Source: Auanema rhodensis
Lineage: Eukaryota > Animalia > Nematoda
Assembly: GCA_964057225.1 (NCBI GenBank)
Contig: OZ059898.1
Span: 8,742,001 to 8,806,000, forward strand
Length of the DNA stretch: 64,000 nt
Reading direction: 5' to 3'
In this document: positions 26,963 through 39,485 of the stretch, in pieces
Position numbering within the stretch: the stretch's first letter is position 1
Layout of the letters: each line of letters starts with the position of its first letter
The notes under the pieces: generated by a model
The model's database searches: none
Told to the model about the DNA's origin: nothing
The model's input: the letters and a program-made list of their open reading frames with translations, nothing else
Made by a program: the position numbers and the translations under genes

Positions 26963-29900
26963 TTCCTAACTGAACTCCAGTAGACTCATATACATAGCCG
27001 TTTCACTTGAAAATAGACATCTTATATTAGTGGAAAGTACTTTGTGACGACGATAATACTCTTTAAGAGGGTGAGAGTAAAGAAGAACGAAAGCTAGTAG
27101 ATGCGAATAGAATAGGAGTTAGAAGTGATGATGGGAGAAGAGGATGTGCTAAAACGATGAAGCCGAAATGAAGATGAATGGGTGAGAACTTTTATAAAAA
27201 GAAGTTCTATGAAAATATCATCAAATCATTGACAAGTAATAAGTTAATGAATTAACTGAAATTAGTATCAACAGCATTCAGAATCCTAACATTGTGAGTT
27301 CCGGGAATATTCATTTAAACAACATAGGAAATTTAATGATACTTAGTCGGAAGTTAGAAATGTTTCTTTATTAGAATAGAAAAAAGAAAAATACAATGCA
27401 ATCAGTAGGAGTATCGAAGAAGAAAAACAGAATATTCAACAACGACAGCATTAACTACTAAAAATTGTATATAATAGTCTCGAAAAATTTTCAAGCTGCT
27501 CTCAAGACAAAGATGGGGATGAGAACCCTTTTCGGGTTGAAGCTTGCTTCGCCCTCATCCGACATCCACCATTTTCTTCAATCATATAGATTCTCCCTCC
27601 CCTTTTCTCTGTCTGTGCTTTCCTTTCTTTTTCTGTCTATATCCTTATTTTCTCGTTGTATGGTGTTATATGAATTGAGTCTATGTAACAGGGTTATGGT
27701 GAGAAAAGCAGGACAACCTGGGAACCATTGATTCTGAATAAAATCTGGCCGTTCCCAGATTTCATCCCGGACCAATGATGAAAAAGTAACAGATATACGA
27801 GTTTCAAAATGAAACGTGAACCCAGAGTGAACTGAGACTACGTCAGTTTGTGAAATCGATCACTCTTCATGCATACCTTCATTCGTACCTCACAGTGTAA
27901 TTTTGAGCATTAGGTCAAAGACGAATGACTACCCAGCCCAGTTCTAAATTATGAATCTACAGATATGCGTAGAGATATGTACATATATGCATACACTTAT
28001 ATGTAAATACGCAAAAAATATTATTCAAGTTTCAAGACTTTCAGAGAATCATAAAAGAGATTACTTGAAGTTCTTTAAAATAAAGTATAAAAAGAACTAT
28101 TTAGATAAGAAAATATATTATATGTAGTATATAAGACAAACATTTCTTTGAATATCAAGCATATTCTTGTATTTATATTAGCAATTTTCAAAATCTCAAA
28201 GCTCAACCAACAGCTTGAACAAGAAAAATACATTTTCTTAAATTTGATTGCAGTTAGTACCATAAATATCATCAATGTAAGCGGAGTTCATGTAAAAACA
28301 TTTGCTCCATTGACTGACTTTTCGCGTTAATTTCCGGCTATCAAAGCTTTATACGATGAGAAGAAGAATAGAAATGTTACGAATAGAAATTTCCTAGAAA
28401 ATGTAAATTCACATAAAAAGAAAATGATGAAAAGATAAATGAATGCACTCCATCTCCTATATACATATCTGGATTTTTATAAAATCAGTTAGTTCGAAAC
28501 TCATCTGACCAAATCTATTAGAAACCAAGCTAAGTTGAATAGCTGAGGAATGAAAATTCCCGTATAATTACATCAACAGAACTTTGTCTTCGTTCACAAG
28601 AACATAGTAAATAGTATTCCTTAAAAAGGTACTAAAAAACAGCTTACGATCAAGAAATGTCAACAACAAAGCTTAGCAGAGAGAACCAAAGATGATAGCA
28701 GCGTGGAACACTTGATGAGCTAGAAATTCTATAATAAACTTCAGGAATTCGTCTACTAACTATTAAACCTATTGCTTAGACGATGCATAGAGCTTAAAAG
28801 ATTGGAAGATAAAACATTCGAATGATGCTACGAGTCTTAAAATTTCTTCAATCATTTTATAAGACTCATTCTAGCAGCATGTAACATGTAAACTATAGAA
28901 TATGAAAATGCCGTGAACAAGAAAAAATAGCTAAACTATTCAAGCAATTTTGGGAGCAACCGCTACGTGTTTTCAGGGCCGGCTAAATGAAAACTGCAAC
29001 TGCAACTAAACTATAAACGTGAATTAATGAGCAAAAAAGGCGGCACAAGAAATAATATTGAATTTATTCATAGTGGATGAAGTTTCTGTTTTTTGTAAGC
29101 ATGAGGTAAGTGGAACTGTTGAATTGAGTATGAAGTCTGTATGTATACTATTGCTTTTATCCTTCTTTTACTACAATATGTAAATTTATACTTTCTGCAT
29201 ATTACAAGCCTTTTCTAATTATATATATTAGCTTGATATTTAGTTGTCGAAGTGAAATTCAAAACTTAACTCAATTATTAAATATTGCACATTGAATTGC
29301 AACATAATTCAAAAAAAGGATCGAAAGCGGGTACGATAACGCTTACTTTTCGATAATATACTGAGAATAACGAAGTAAAAAGATTGAAAGACATTTCCCA
29401 TGTGTTTTCATTTTGCTGGATTCAAAGTGGCAATTAAACGATTTGTAGATGTTGCCTTTTTTTCTTCGGGTTCAATAAAACGCACGTTATTAGAAAGGTT
29501 TCTTTAGACACCAGCGTTTTGACCTTTAACTTCTTTATGAAAAAAAAAAATTTCAACAGCAAATTCCAGATATATTTTTAGCAAAAAAAAATAGCTCAAC
29601 AGACTAATTCATGTTAGCTCATAATTTGATTTATGAAATTTTCAAAATTTGTGCAGACGAAATTGAATAGCGGAAGTTAACCGTGAGCAATCGAGATTCA
29701 CTTGACTTTTGTTGAATCGAAATTTGGGAATGTTTTATTGAGAGTTTGATATGGAACTACAAGAACGTAGTATTTGAATGATTTCAAACAACTGAATGAA
29801 TAAAGTGAAGAATGCGTAGTTGATTAAATGAAATATGATATGTATGATATCTTGATAACTTCAAGAAGGGAACTAGTTTGGATGAGCATATATGAAGAGA

Positions 29901-32900
29901 AAATTAGGGAGCTGAAGCAGAGATAGAATGAAAAAGCGTTCTTTTTTCACTAAAATATGGTGTATTGCCTTTTCTAATGAGGAAAACTTCGAAGTTTCGC
30001 ATTTAGAAATTTTGTTGCTTGCAACCTCAATCACCTGAGGTGTTGTCTTCGTTTCTTCCAGCTTACTATGCACTTCTTCTCTTCACACTCTGTGTCTTGT
30101 CAGTTCCCTAATTCGTTTTCCCTCAAACCTCACGTCATTATAATCTTTAAATAAATGGAAAACCTATAGTGTTGTACCACATACCCCCATCCTTCTTGTT
30201 TTAAGCCAACGAGTTTGCTTCGCTTCTCAAAATGTAAGATTGAGTATGGCTCATATTAGAATTTTATGTTCGTTTTGTTATAACAACGAAAGCATTTGTA
30301 CAAAATCTTATTCTTAATGTTTCTATATTTTGTTAATGTATACAAAAATATCAAACATTCAAAGAAAAAAATAGAAATATTATAATAATTAATATATTTG
30401 CTCAGATATCTTCTGAGAAGCACTTTATGAATGTTTTTTTGTAGATTATTAAAGCAAAGAATTATTAGATTTATATTGATGATGTTGTTGAGATATTAGA
30501 AAATAATAAAAATAAACGTTAAATATGTTCTTCTCAAATAAAGATATTAAATAAACAAATGAAGTTTTTCCTATTATTTTCATAATCATTTTAGGCTCAA
30601 TCTTCATAGAAATGTTTGTGTTTAATGAGTTAAAGGAAAAATATTTTTAAATTATTCTAAGTATAAAAGTATTGAAAAGTGCGAAATCTTTATAGACATG
30701 GATTTAAGGTGAACATGAATAGACTTAAGCTTATTCAAGTTCAAATAATAATCGAGAAAGAGAGACAACAGTAGGGAATAAAGAAAAGATGTGACAATTT
30801 TTGAAGTTGTCGATGTATGTAACAGTAGTAGAGGAAGTAATTAGACTGCTTGGAAGCGGAAATCAAGTCCGAAGCGAATATGTAGACCACCGGAAAACGA
30901 AAGAAATTTTTAGCCGGTTCAATATTGAACACTTTGATGCAACCAAAATATGTTTTCATAGTTCGAGAGGAATAGTAAAAGCTTACTGGTTTGTTGCTAA
31001 ACTTCAAAGTAGTAAAGAATGTATATGGTCTCTCCAAAACGTCTTAGTAACAGCATCTCAACTTGGAGAACGTTTGTGAGAAAAATGAGAAGCTCGAAAG
31101 GTAAAAGATGTTCAGTGTAGTTCTCTGATCTTCAGCGGTTTCTTTTTAAAAAATCATTTGAAGGGTACCATTACGAAGTATGCGTGGTATGAAGAGACTT
31201 TAATCCCATGAACCTCAAAACCCTGGTCAAAAAGGGAACAGAGTGACTTAAATAGTAGGAATTCATACAAAAAAAGGAAAAACTCAGAAAATACACAAAG
31301 CATGAAAGTCTCAACTGCCGCAATATTTCTCTGTGACGACGACTAATCATGTTTTCGTGCTTTGAAAACGAAGATCATGAGCAAAAAAAGAAAAGCAACA
31401 TGTGTGATTAAATTTTTTCTTTTTTTCTAATATAATATGTTCAAAAATCTTAAAGCAACAATCTTGTAATACAACGACGTTACAATTTTTATTCACTGAA
31501 TGTCAAAGATTGTGTTCAAATTAGGATTTTTAATAGCCATGTGGCACATACTTAGTGTTCTTGCAACATTGAACAAAATTTCAGCCGATGTGTCCAAACT
31601 TTTCAAGCTTCTTGGCATTCATTTGGAAGACAAAGAAGGTCAGTAAGATTTCAATCATTAATAATTTGAAAACCACTTAATACTATAAGTAGTGATTTAG
31701 TCCAAACGTTTAGATAATAGCATCGAAATTTCATATAATGCCTGGGCTATAAATAAAAAAACGAGAGATTTGAATATTACAGTTTGTGAATGAGATTTTA
31801 AAGGTTTTTCAATAAAATGTTCAATATATTCATAATTCAAATTGAAGAAATAGCCGTGATTGTGTGGATCAAACCGCAATCGTTTTTGCTCCTTTTTTAT
31901 TGTATAATCATATTGTATATAAACACATCTATTTTATCAAAGTTCATTCCAAGCCGGAACCGATCTAAATTCCGGCGGAGTCAAGGATTGATGAGAATGA
32001 ATATATGAACGCTACACGTCTCATTGCCTAAACTTCTTACTTCGAAGATGTAACCCGAACTCATTCATTCTTGATTTTCTTTTCTCATCACGTGACCAAA
32101 CACTTTCGCATCTAACCCAAGCAGTAGATAAAAAAGGTTTTCACAATTTATAGAAATCCTGTTCTGCCATTTATAGAGATATCTGTCACGACATAAAACA
32201 ATGCAAGCTTTTGACACATTTTTTACTGTCGTTGAATTTATGCCTTTAAATGCAAAAAAAAGGAATGAAGAAGAAAAATAAAAAGGCTCTTATGAACATT
32301 GTTCTACTTGATGTCAAAAGTCCAATAGTTGGGTCCAATTTTTTCGAATTTCTTATATTGCGGCAGTTACATCTCAACGCAATTTGTTCGTCTCATCTTC
32401 AAAAAGACAATGCTTTAATTCAAATCTACTCTTTTAATAGTTAAAAAAGCAAAATTCAGAAAAAGGAAGATGAAAAAAGAAAAGAAGATGCCTCTGTTAA
32501 GAGTTAAAATTTTAAAATATTAGAAAAGAGGAGGTAAAACGAAAGGAAAATTTAGTTTTTAGACATATTAAAACACGTATATTGTCGTGATGAAAAAAGG
32601 TTTAAAAAGGCCAAAAGAAAAATATCAAGATATTGCAAACTTATATCAAAGCTCCATTTGAATCCCAGAAAAAAGTCTTCATTGATAAAATGAAAACAAT
32701 CGCTCAAAGTTTTGGTTAGAGAACAAATGATTTTCTTAATGCTTAAAACAAGAGAAAGGTGAGTTATCCGAAGAGTGCAAGCGAATGAAGGATAATGCAA
32801 ATCAAGTTCAAATGAAGATGATTATGCATTCACCACAGGATTATATAAATCCAGCAATTTTTGAAAAAAAAAGACGACTTTGAATGATTCCATAACTTTT

Positions 32901-33777
32901 ATATACGCATATATATATTATTTTAGAATGACTACTCTAAGCAATTTATTCAATTGAATTCAACAAATGACAAACAGTATCTATCTCAGAAATGTTCTTC
33001 CAAAAGAAGCTAAATGAAAATTGAGTGTATCCTCGGCCAACTAAACAATGAATAGTCCGCTGGTTCGCGGAAATGTTCGATGTAGACGATGATTAAAGCA
33101 AATTGGGAGTAAGAACATTGACTAAAAGTAACAAGAAATGCTATCATGGCCAAACTTCTGATTGTGTTTGTCCAGTACGACGACGAAGATATTAAGCTGA
33201 TTCAAAAATAGTGAGAAAATATAGATTAGCATTATAACCTATAACTTAAAAAGATTGTTCTACATTCAAAACTTCTTCGAAAAGAGAAATATGTAGTTAT
33301 GCTGGTTTGCTGTTGCGCTTAGACACTCTTTGGCTTCAGTAATGTTAAGAAACTAGTGATTACTGAACCTGAATGATCCGTTGAAAATTAAAACAAAAAG
33401 AATGCAACTTTGAAGAGCAGCTGAAACTTACTGAATATTTGAAAAGACCAGTACTTCATACCAATCTTCAAAGGCATTGGCAAATCTTTCAGAAGGTACT
33501 TAAAAAGCTAAGCCGCCAAACTCAAACAAGTAGAGAATGAACTAAATTGCAAAGTTTCGAAAAACAACCCCCCATCAGATTAAAAATTCTAACTGAATTA
33601 TAGGCTTAATGTGGAAGCGAAAACAATATCCGCGTAATTCAAATCTTGCAATACAAAAATTAAATAAAATAGCTGATAACTTTAATTAGAATAACATACG
33701 AGGCTCGTAAGCTTTAATAAATTACACCGTTCAGAAAATCGTATAATCACCAAGATCAAGAAAATTTATGCACATCT

Positions 33778-34896
33778 TTACTGTTGCATTGGCTCAGCAG
33801 CGGGCTATAAATATTAAAATACAGAATAATATTCAATATATATGTATACCTCAGCTTGAGCAGTTGTACGAGGAACAGCAGAGATACGATCCAGGTGAGC
33901 AGCATTCTCAGCTTCGTCCAAAATCTTGAATGATTGACCTTTTCCAACGATGGAGATAGATGTATTCTAAAAAAAATTACAAACTGTCAATAAAGTAATG
34001 GATACCAAATTAGTCAAATTTTCTTCGGCTGGCAGCGTATCTCTTAATGCCATTAAAGCATGTTGAATAAGATCCTCGATAGTTGCTATAATTCACTTAA
34101 TTAAAAACTACTTAACTATAGAGATCTACCGTTTTTGAACTTTGAGAGATTTCTTTCCAAGTATGTTCTAGCAGATTGCGAACGAGCTCCGATAGAGGAA
34201 GCGTACATTTCAACAACTTCAGCAGAAGGATCGGTTTGGACAATATGGGTTCCATCTTTCTACAAGACAATTCATGAAACAGTTGAATCAGGGCAAACAA
34301 ATAGTACATCATATCCAGCAATAAGCAATCCAACTCCGAAGGGTCTTCTTCCATAGTACTGAGTGTTAGCTTGGAGTTCTACAAAGTTCAGTTTGATAAT
34401 TAAATTTTAATAACGGAACTTACTCAATTGAATAGCTTCTGACAGAGCAGTAACAGGAACTGGAACTTTGTAATCCCATCTCCAGCTGCTACATTCAGTT
34501 TGTAAATATCTAAAAATATAATAAGATTGTTTGAAAACTTAAGAAAATTACCTTGCTAAAATACGTCCATCAGAAAGAAGTCCTGCAATGGAAACACCGG
34601 CATGAGTATCAATTTCATAAATTTTCTTCTGATGAGAGCACAACTCATTTTGAGCTCTCTATATGAAAAAGTTAATAATTGATAATAATAATAAAGAGAA
34701 ACCTTGAGAGCAACGAGAACGGCATGAGTATCACTTTTGATTCCCACGGTAGCAGAACCTTGCTTCATGGCTTCAACAGCATAATCAACTTGATGAAGAC
34801 GTCCCTGTTAATATTATAAATATAAATATATTTGCGAATTAAAAGTACCTGGGGACTCCAAACAGTAACATCACTGTCATACAGATTTCGGAACAT
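33778..34896 (-). CDS. pas-6: 20S proteasome alpha subunit (PSMA1/alpha-6 type)
   Basis: [69 protein letters not shown]; TTTTCAG acceptor just before the ATG. Confidence 0.95.
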
Positions 34897-35268
34897 CACT
34901 GAAAATAGCTATTATAAACATATCGTCATTACACAAATTATGCTATAAAAACTAAAAGCTTGTATAAAACCGTATAAACATATTTATAATAAAGTAAAAT
35001 TTCGACACTCTTTTCAAATTGCCGTTATATAATAATTTATTTCTTTTCCAACGAAGTTCCTTTGCAGAACAAAATTGGTAGAATTCAAATCATCCTTTTT
35101 GACGTCAATCCTATCCGTGCGGGAGTATGGTGACCCAGACCTTTAATTTCGTTTTGTCCATTGTTAAGACATGGAAATTATAACACGTCTCGTTCTCCCT
35201 TTTTTCTTAAACAATTTGAATGCTATATTTTAAAAATATTTTAATTTTCAAGGATTAATCACCCAAAC
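34897..35268. promoter_or_regulatory. Divergent (bidirectional) promoter between pas-6 and ife-2, with a palindromic CRE
   Basis: ATGs 372 bp apart head-to-head; TTGACGTCAA at 35099-35108. Confidence 0.6.
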
Positions 35269-36208
35269 ATGGCTGAAGTTAGTAAGACTGAATCTGAAGA
35301 TCAAGGAACTGTATCCATTCCAAATACTGTTGTATGTATTTTTACACGTTTACGTAAATGTAATAACAACTTAGGAATCTGTTCTTCATCCGTTGAAGAG
35401 ACAATGGACTTACTGGTACCTTAATGACGATCGTGCGTCTGACTGGGAAGATCGTCTTAAGCCTGTTTGCACCTTTAATTCCGTTGAACAGTTTTGGGCG
35501 TAAACTCTAATATTTTAAAGCTCGTTTTAATGTGCAGCTTTTCAGATTGTACAATAATATCCGACCTCCTAGTGGTTTATCTAGTACTTGTGACTATAAC
35601 GTGTTCAAAAATAACATTCAACCCATGTGGGAAGTGGAGGAAAATCAGAATGGAGGACGATGGCTTATCAATGTTTATTAACAATCATCATCTGATCTCA
35701 GTTACCACATTTAGATTGATAAAAATCGACCAGCTGAAATGATGGATCTTATTTGGCTTGAAATTCTCATCGCTATGATTGGTGAACAATTTGGCGATGA
35801 TATGGATAATATTTGTGGTCTTGTCTGTAACGTGAGGGCCAAGGGTAGTAAGGTACATCATGCGTCTTATCTAAATGATATGGTGCTTTTTGTTTAGATT
35901 AGTGTTTGGACAAAAGATTGCAATGCTGAAGAAGTTAACATGAGAATTGGGTAACTCGTGTTTAAAATATGTACATTTTTATGTGATTTTTAGACAAGTT
36001 CTCAAGCAAAAACTTTTGACTGCTGATATACCTAAAAATATGCCAAACCCTTTGTTTGATATTCTCCGTTATGAAGATCACGACAGCTGTCAAAAGAAAA
36101 GTGGTAGTACTGTTAAGGTTCGTTTATATTCTTAAAATATTTTTACCTATAGTGATTGTTTAGGCAAAGCTCTCTATCAGCGCTGTTGATTTACCGGAGA
36201 GATCATAA
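35269..36208 (+). CDS. ife-2: eIF4E cap-binding protein, nematode IFE-1/2/5 class
   Basis: HPLKRQWTYWYLND, WEDRLK, IQPMWEVEENQNGGRWLI, IWLEILIAMIGEQF, CNVRAKGSKISVW, LRYEDHDSCQKK; closest recalled match is IFE-2. Confidence 0.85.
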
Positions 36209-36443
36209 TATTTCACGGAATTAGAGTTTTAATAATTCCCATTTTGAAGATAATACTTTTTTTTTTGTTTCTTATTCGGGTTAACTGTATGTTAATCTTT
36301 ACTCGGTGGCTCGTTTATCTATGCTGAAATATGTTTATAAATTGTTATTTACTTGATATATAATTCCTCAAAAGAACCGTAAATCGATAATTTATCTCGC
36401 GAAAATCATTTTGTTAATTAATTTTGCTAAATATTGGTATAGA

Positions 36444-37822
36444 ATGTCTGTTACCTGGGAGTTCATAAAGAGACATCAAGGAAAAATTATTTTGGGTGGA
36501 GTTACTCTAGCAGGGGCTTTAGGAGCCTATTCAGCAAGCCAACACAGAGAGAGTTGCCATGCTGAAACATCTCATGAGGAAAAGTCTGAGGAACAGGTAT
36601 ATACACAAATAGCCTGGAAAAAAATATTTATTTTTAAAGGGATCCAAACATTACATTTATGACATCCATCATGCAACTTGTGATGTAAATATTCTTAAAA
36701 TGGCTAATGAGTTAAGAAATCTAACTGAGGTAGATGCGTTCATCCTGTTCTTCGTACAGTATTTTTCTTCAGAAAAGATTTGAGCTTGACAGCTTAGTGC
36801 TCAAAATTCGGAATGATGAACTTAACTTAAGTGTAGAAGAGAAAATCAAAATTTGGAATGAGATAAAACGAAACAGTTTTGCCCGTTTAAGTGCTCTTGC
36901 CTTTTCTTATTCCATTTTAACGGTTACTCTCAAATGTCAAACCTCAATGATTGCTGCTCTGACACGTTCGGAAATGACGCAAGCGCGTCGAAATCAGTCT
37001 ACTTGGTTAGTTAATGTTTTAGTAATTCTTATGTATTGTTTTCAGGAATGAGTATTTGCCGGGAAGCCTGAAGAACATCTTTGGCCAAAAGAAAAAAGAG
37101 TGTACAGAACAAGCTAAAAGTATTTTCTTACAATGCATTAAGTTTTTCACTATATCAGGTAATCGTTGTGGTTTTAAAATCTAGCCATTCAATCTTTTTT
37201 CAGGTGTTCATAAATTGTTTGATATTGTGGAAGAAGCTGCTTTGCACGCCTGTGAAAAAATTCAATTAGATGCAAAATATAATAAGTGAGTAGTAAGAGC
37301 AATTTAAGGTGCAAAGAAATCCATATATTATAGTGAGTCTGTTCGTGTTCTTTTTGACAACATTGATCAAGAAGTGGTAGAAGTTTTGAGGCAAGAGATG
37401 GGTAATCTTATTGCTCCAATGTCTGCAGAAGACGTAAGATAAATTGTTCAATGGTATTGGATAGTTAATATTTAGGCTTCTGCTAATCCTGATATTATCT
37501 CACTTCTCCAAATACTTGTGAATGCTTTAAACACATCTGAATGTTTTGAAACTATAGCAGCTCTCTTGGATTTCTACTATTCCGCAGCTTGCCAAGTAAG
37601 TTATATATAATATTTCGCGAAGAAGCGATATCAGTTCTATTTGATATATGATTTGTTTAGAAGTTGCAGAACGACACTGCACCCATGGCACGGCTAATTC
37701 CTCATATAACAGATTCGTTTAACGCTGTAGGATCTGACTCTTATGATGGCCCACTCAGAAATTCATTATGCTGCTCTCAGCTTCATGTTTTTTCTAAGCA
37801 GATTTTTAACAGAAATCTTTAA
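36444..37822 (+). CDS. prx-3: Peroxin PEX3
   Basis: N-terminal WEFIKRHQGKIILGGVTLAG (basic patch + TM, typical of PEX3), HATCDVNI, KIKIWNEIKRNSFAR, PMARLIPHI; spliced ORF continuous to TAA 37822. Confidence 0.88.
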
Positions 37823-38048
37823 GATGGAGAAATGTCATGTTTTTAAATACGCATATAACATATTTATAGATTCATAGTAAAAAAAAGATATTTAAACATT
37901 CCCTTATGTGATTTACTTAACTTGCCATTGTATATAATAAATTTTTATTTTCTTGTATGCATTTTGTTTTGCATGTTTTAGCATGTTATATATCTCGTAG
38001 TTTTGAGTTCAGTCGTTTTATCTGGCCCTTCAATAGAGATCTATTGGT

Positions 38049-38350
38049 ATGCCAAAGGAGCCACGGCTTTTGAAGTTTGCAGCTCCTTTAGCTCAGTGTA
38101 CACCAGAGGTTAGATTATTGTTCGCATGTACTCTTAGCATATAGTGTTTTCTGTTAATCTTTGAGATGTGTTCTCTCCTTCTAGGCTATTTCTTACGGAA
38201 ATTGTGTCTCAAATCAAGCTGAAAGAATTACAAAAAACGCTTGTGCCAAAGAATTCGAAAAGCTTATCACTTGCTTCCGTCAACAGGTTTGCGTTCTTAT
38301 AACTCTCGAACTCTTTCAAAAAAAATTTTTAGCAAAAAAAGACGAAGTAA
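38049..38350 (+). CDS. NDUFAF8: Twin CX9C complex I assembly factor NDUFAF8-like, 59 aa
   Basis: Three exons: MPKEPRLLKFAAPLAQCTPE|AISYGNCVSNQAERITKNACAKEFEKLITCFRQQ|QKKTK*. Two exact CX9C motifs; YGxC and CAKEF match recalled NDUFAF8. Confidence 0.85.
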
Positions 38351-38353
38351 ATC

Positions 38354-39292
38354 ATGAAAACCAAGCGATATAAGCGTGCTCAGAAAATCTTAACTTTTTT
38401 CAAATACCATTATAAAATAACTGCTCCGTTCAAGTTGGTATCTCGCATGTTTCCACGAGTATCATTTGTTTCAGAGTCTTAGTAGATGGTACTTTTTGTA
38501 TGGCCGCCTTGGCCAATAAGCTTAATCTGAAGGAGCAGTTACCAAAATATTTAAGTGGAGAAACCGAAATTTGTACAACTAGATGTGTAATGAAAGAATT
38601 AGGTTAGATAAATTGTTTTAAGTTTTTTTTATTATTTCCAAATACAGAGGATATTGGTCCTGATGTATACGGCGCATTAGCTATTTGTCGTAATTTCGAG
38701 GTAATTCATTGTCCTCATACACCAAGTAAAGGAGCCAGCGATTGTTTCCTGCGCTTCGCTAAGAAAATGAGGGCTAACAATTCTAAATTTGTTATAGCTA
38801 CTCAAGTTAGTTTTTACTTTATTTTTGATATTCATTTTGAATTTTAGGATGATGTTTTAACTGAGAAACTAAGACTTATACCAGGTGTACCAGTTCTTTA
38901 CATCAAATACCGCACAATATTAATAGACAAGCCTTCCGATGTGAGATTTTAAAAGAACCTCCTTCCATTTTAAAGTTAGTTTTAGATTTCTCTCAATGAT
39001 GCTCAGAATCTCAATTCGGAGTTCGAGAAGATTAATACTCTTAAGAAAAGCATTTTGGGCGATGATGACAAGGTAATCAGAAAAAAGAAAAAGATAAAAG
39101 TGAGCTCATAAAATACGAATCTTTTAAAACTATATTTATATCTAGGGTGCCAATCCTCTCTCTTGTAAAAAAAAAAAAGTTAAAGTTGCCGAGCAAAAAA
39201 CTTCGGAATCTTCAACTAAAACAGTGAATGGAAAACGAAAAAGAAAGAAGAAAATTTCGAGTGGGATTTCTACAACTTCAGTGTCTACCTAA
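38354..39292 (+). CDS. UTP23: rRNA-processing PIN-domain protein UTP23
   Basis: MKTKRYKRAQKILTFF, VLVDGTF, TTRCVMKEL, CPH..SDC, FVIATQD, IPGVP, GANPLSCKKKK; lysine-rich tail. Confidence 0.92.
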
Positions 39293-39423
39293 TTCTATGC
39301 TCAAGCAATTTCACTGTATAAGGAAAATTCACTATTGTTATTTGTTGTTGGATCATGAATTTTCCTTCTTTTTTTTTGTATTCTTGTTCTGCACGGTTCA
39401 ACCCGATATACGTATCTATCTAC

Positions 39424-39448
39424 ATATATATATATATATATATATATA
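39424..39448. repeat. (AT)n microsatellite between UTP23 and the ITFG2-like gene
   Basis: ~12 perfect AT units. Confidence 0.9.
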
Positions 39449-39485
39449 GCAAAATGATTGAAACCTTTCCAATAGAATTCCTTAA

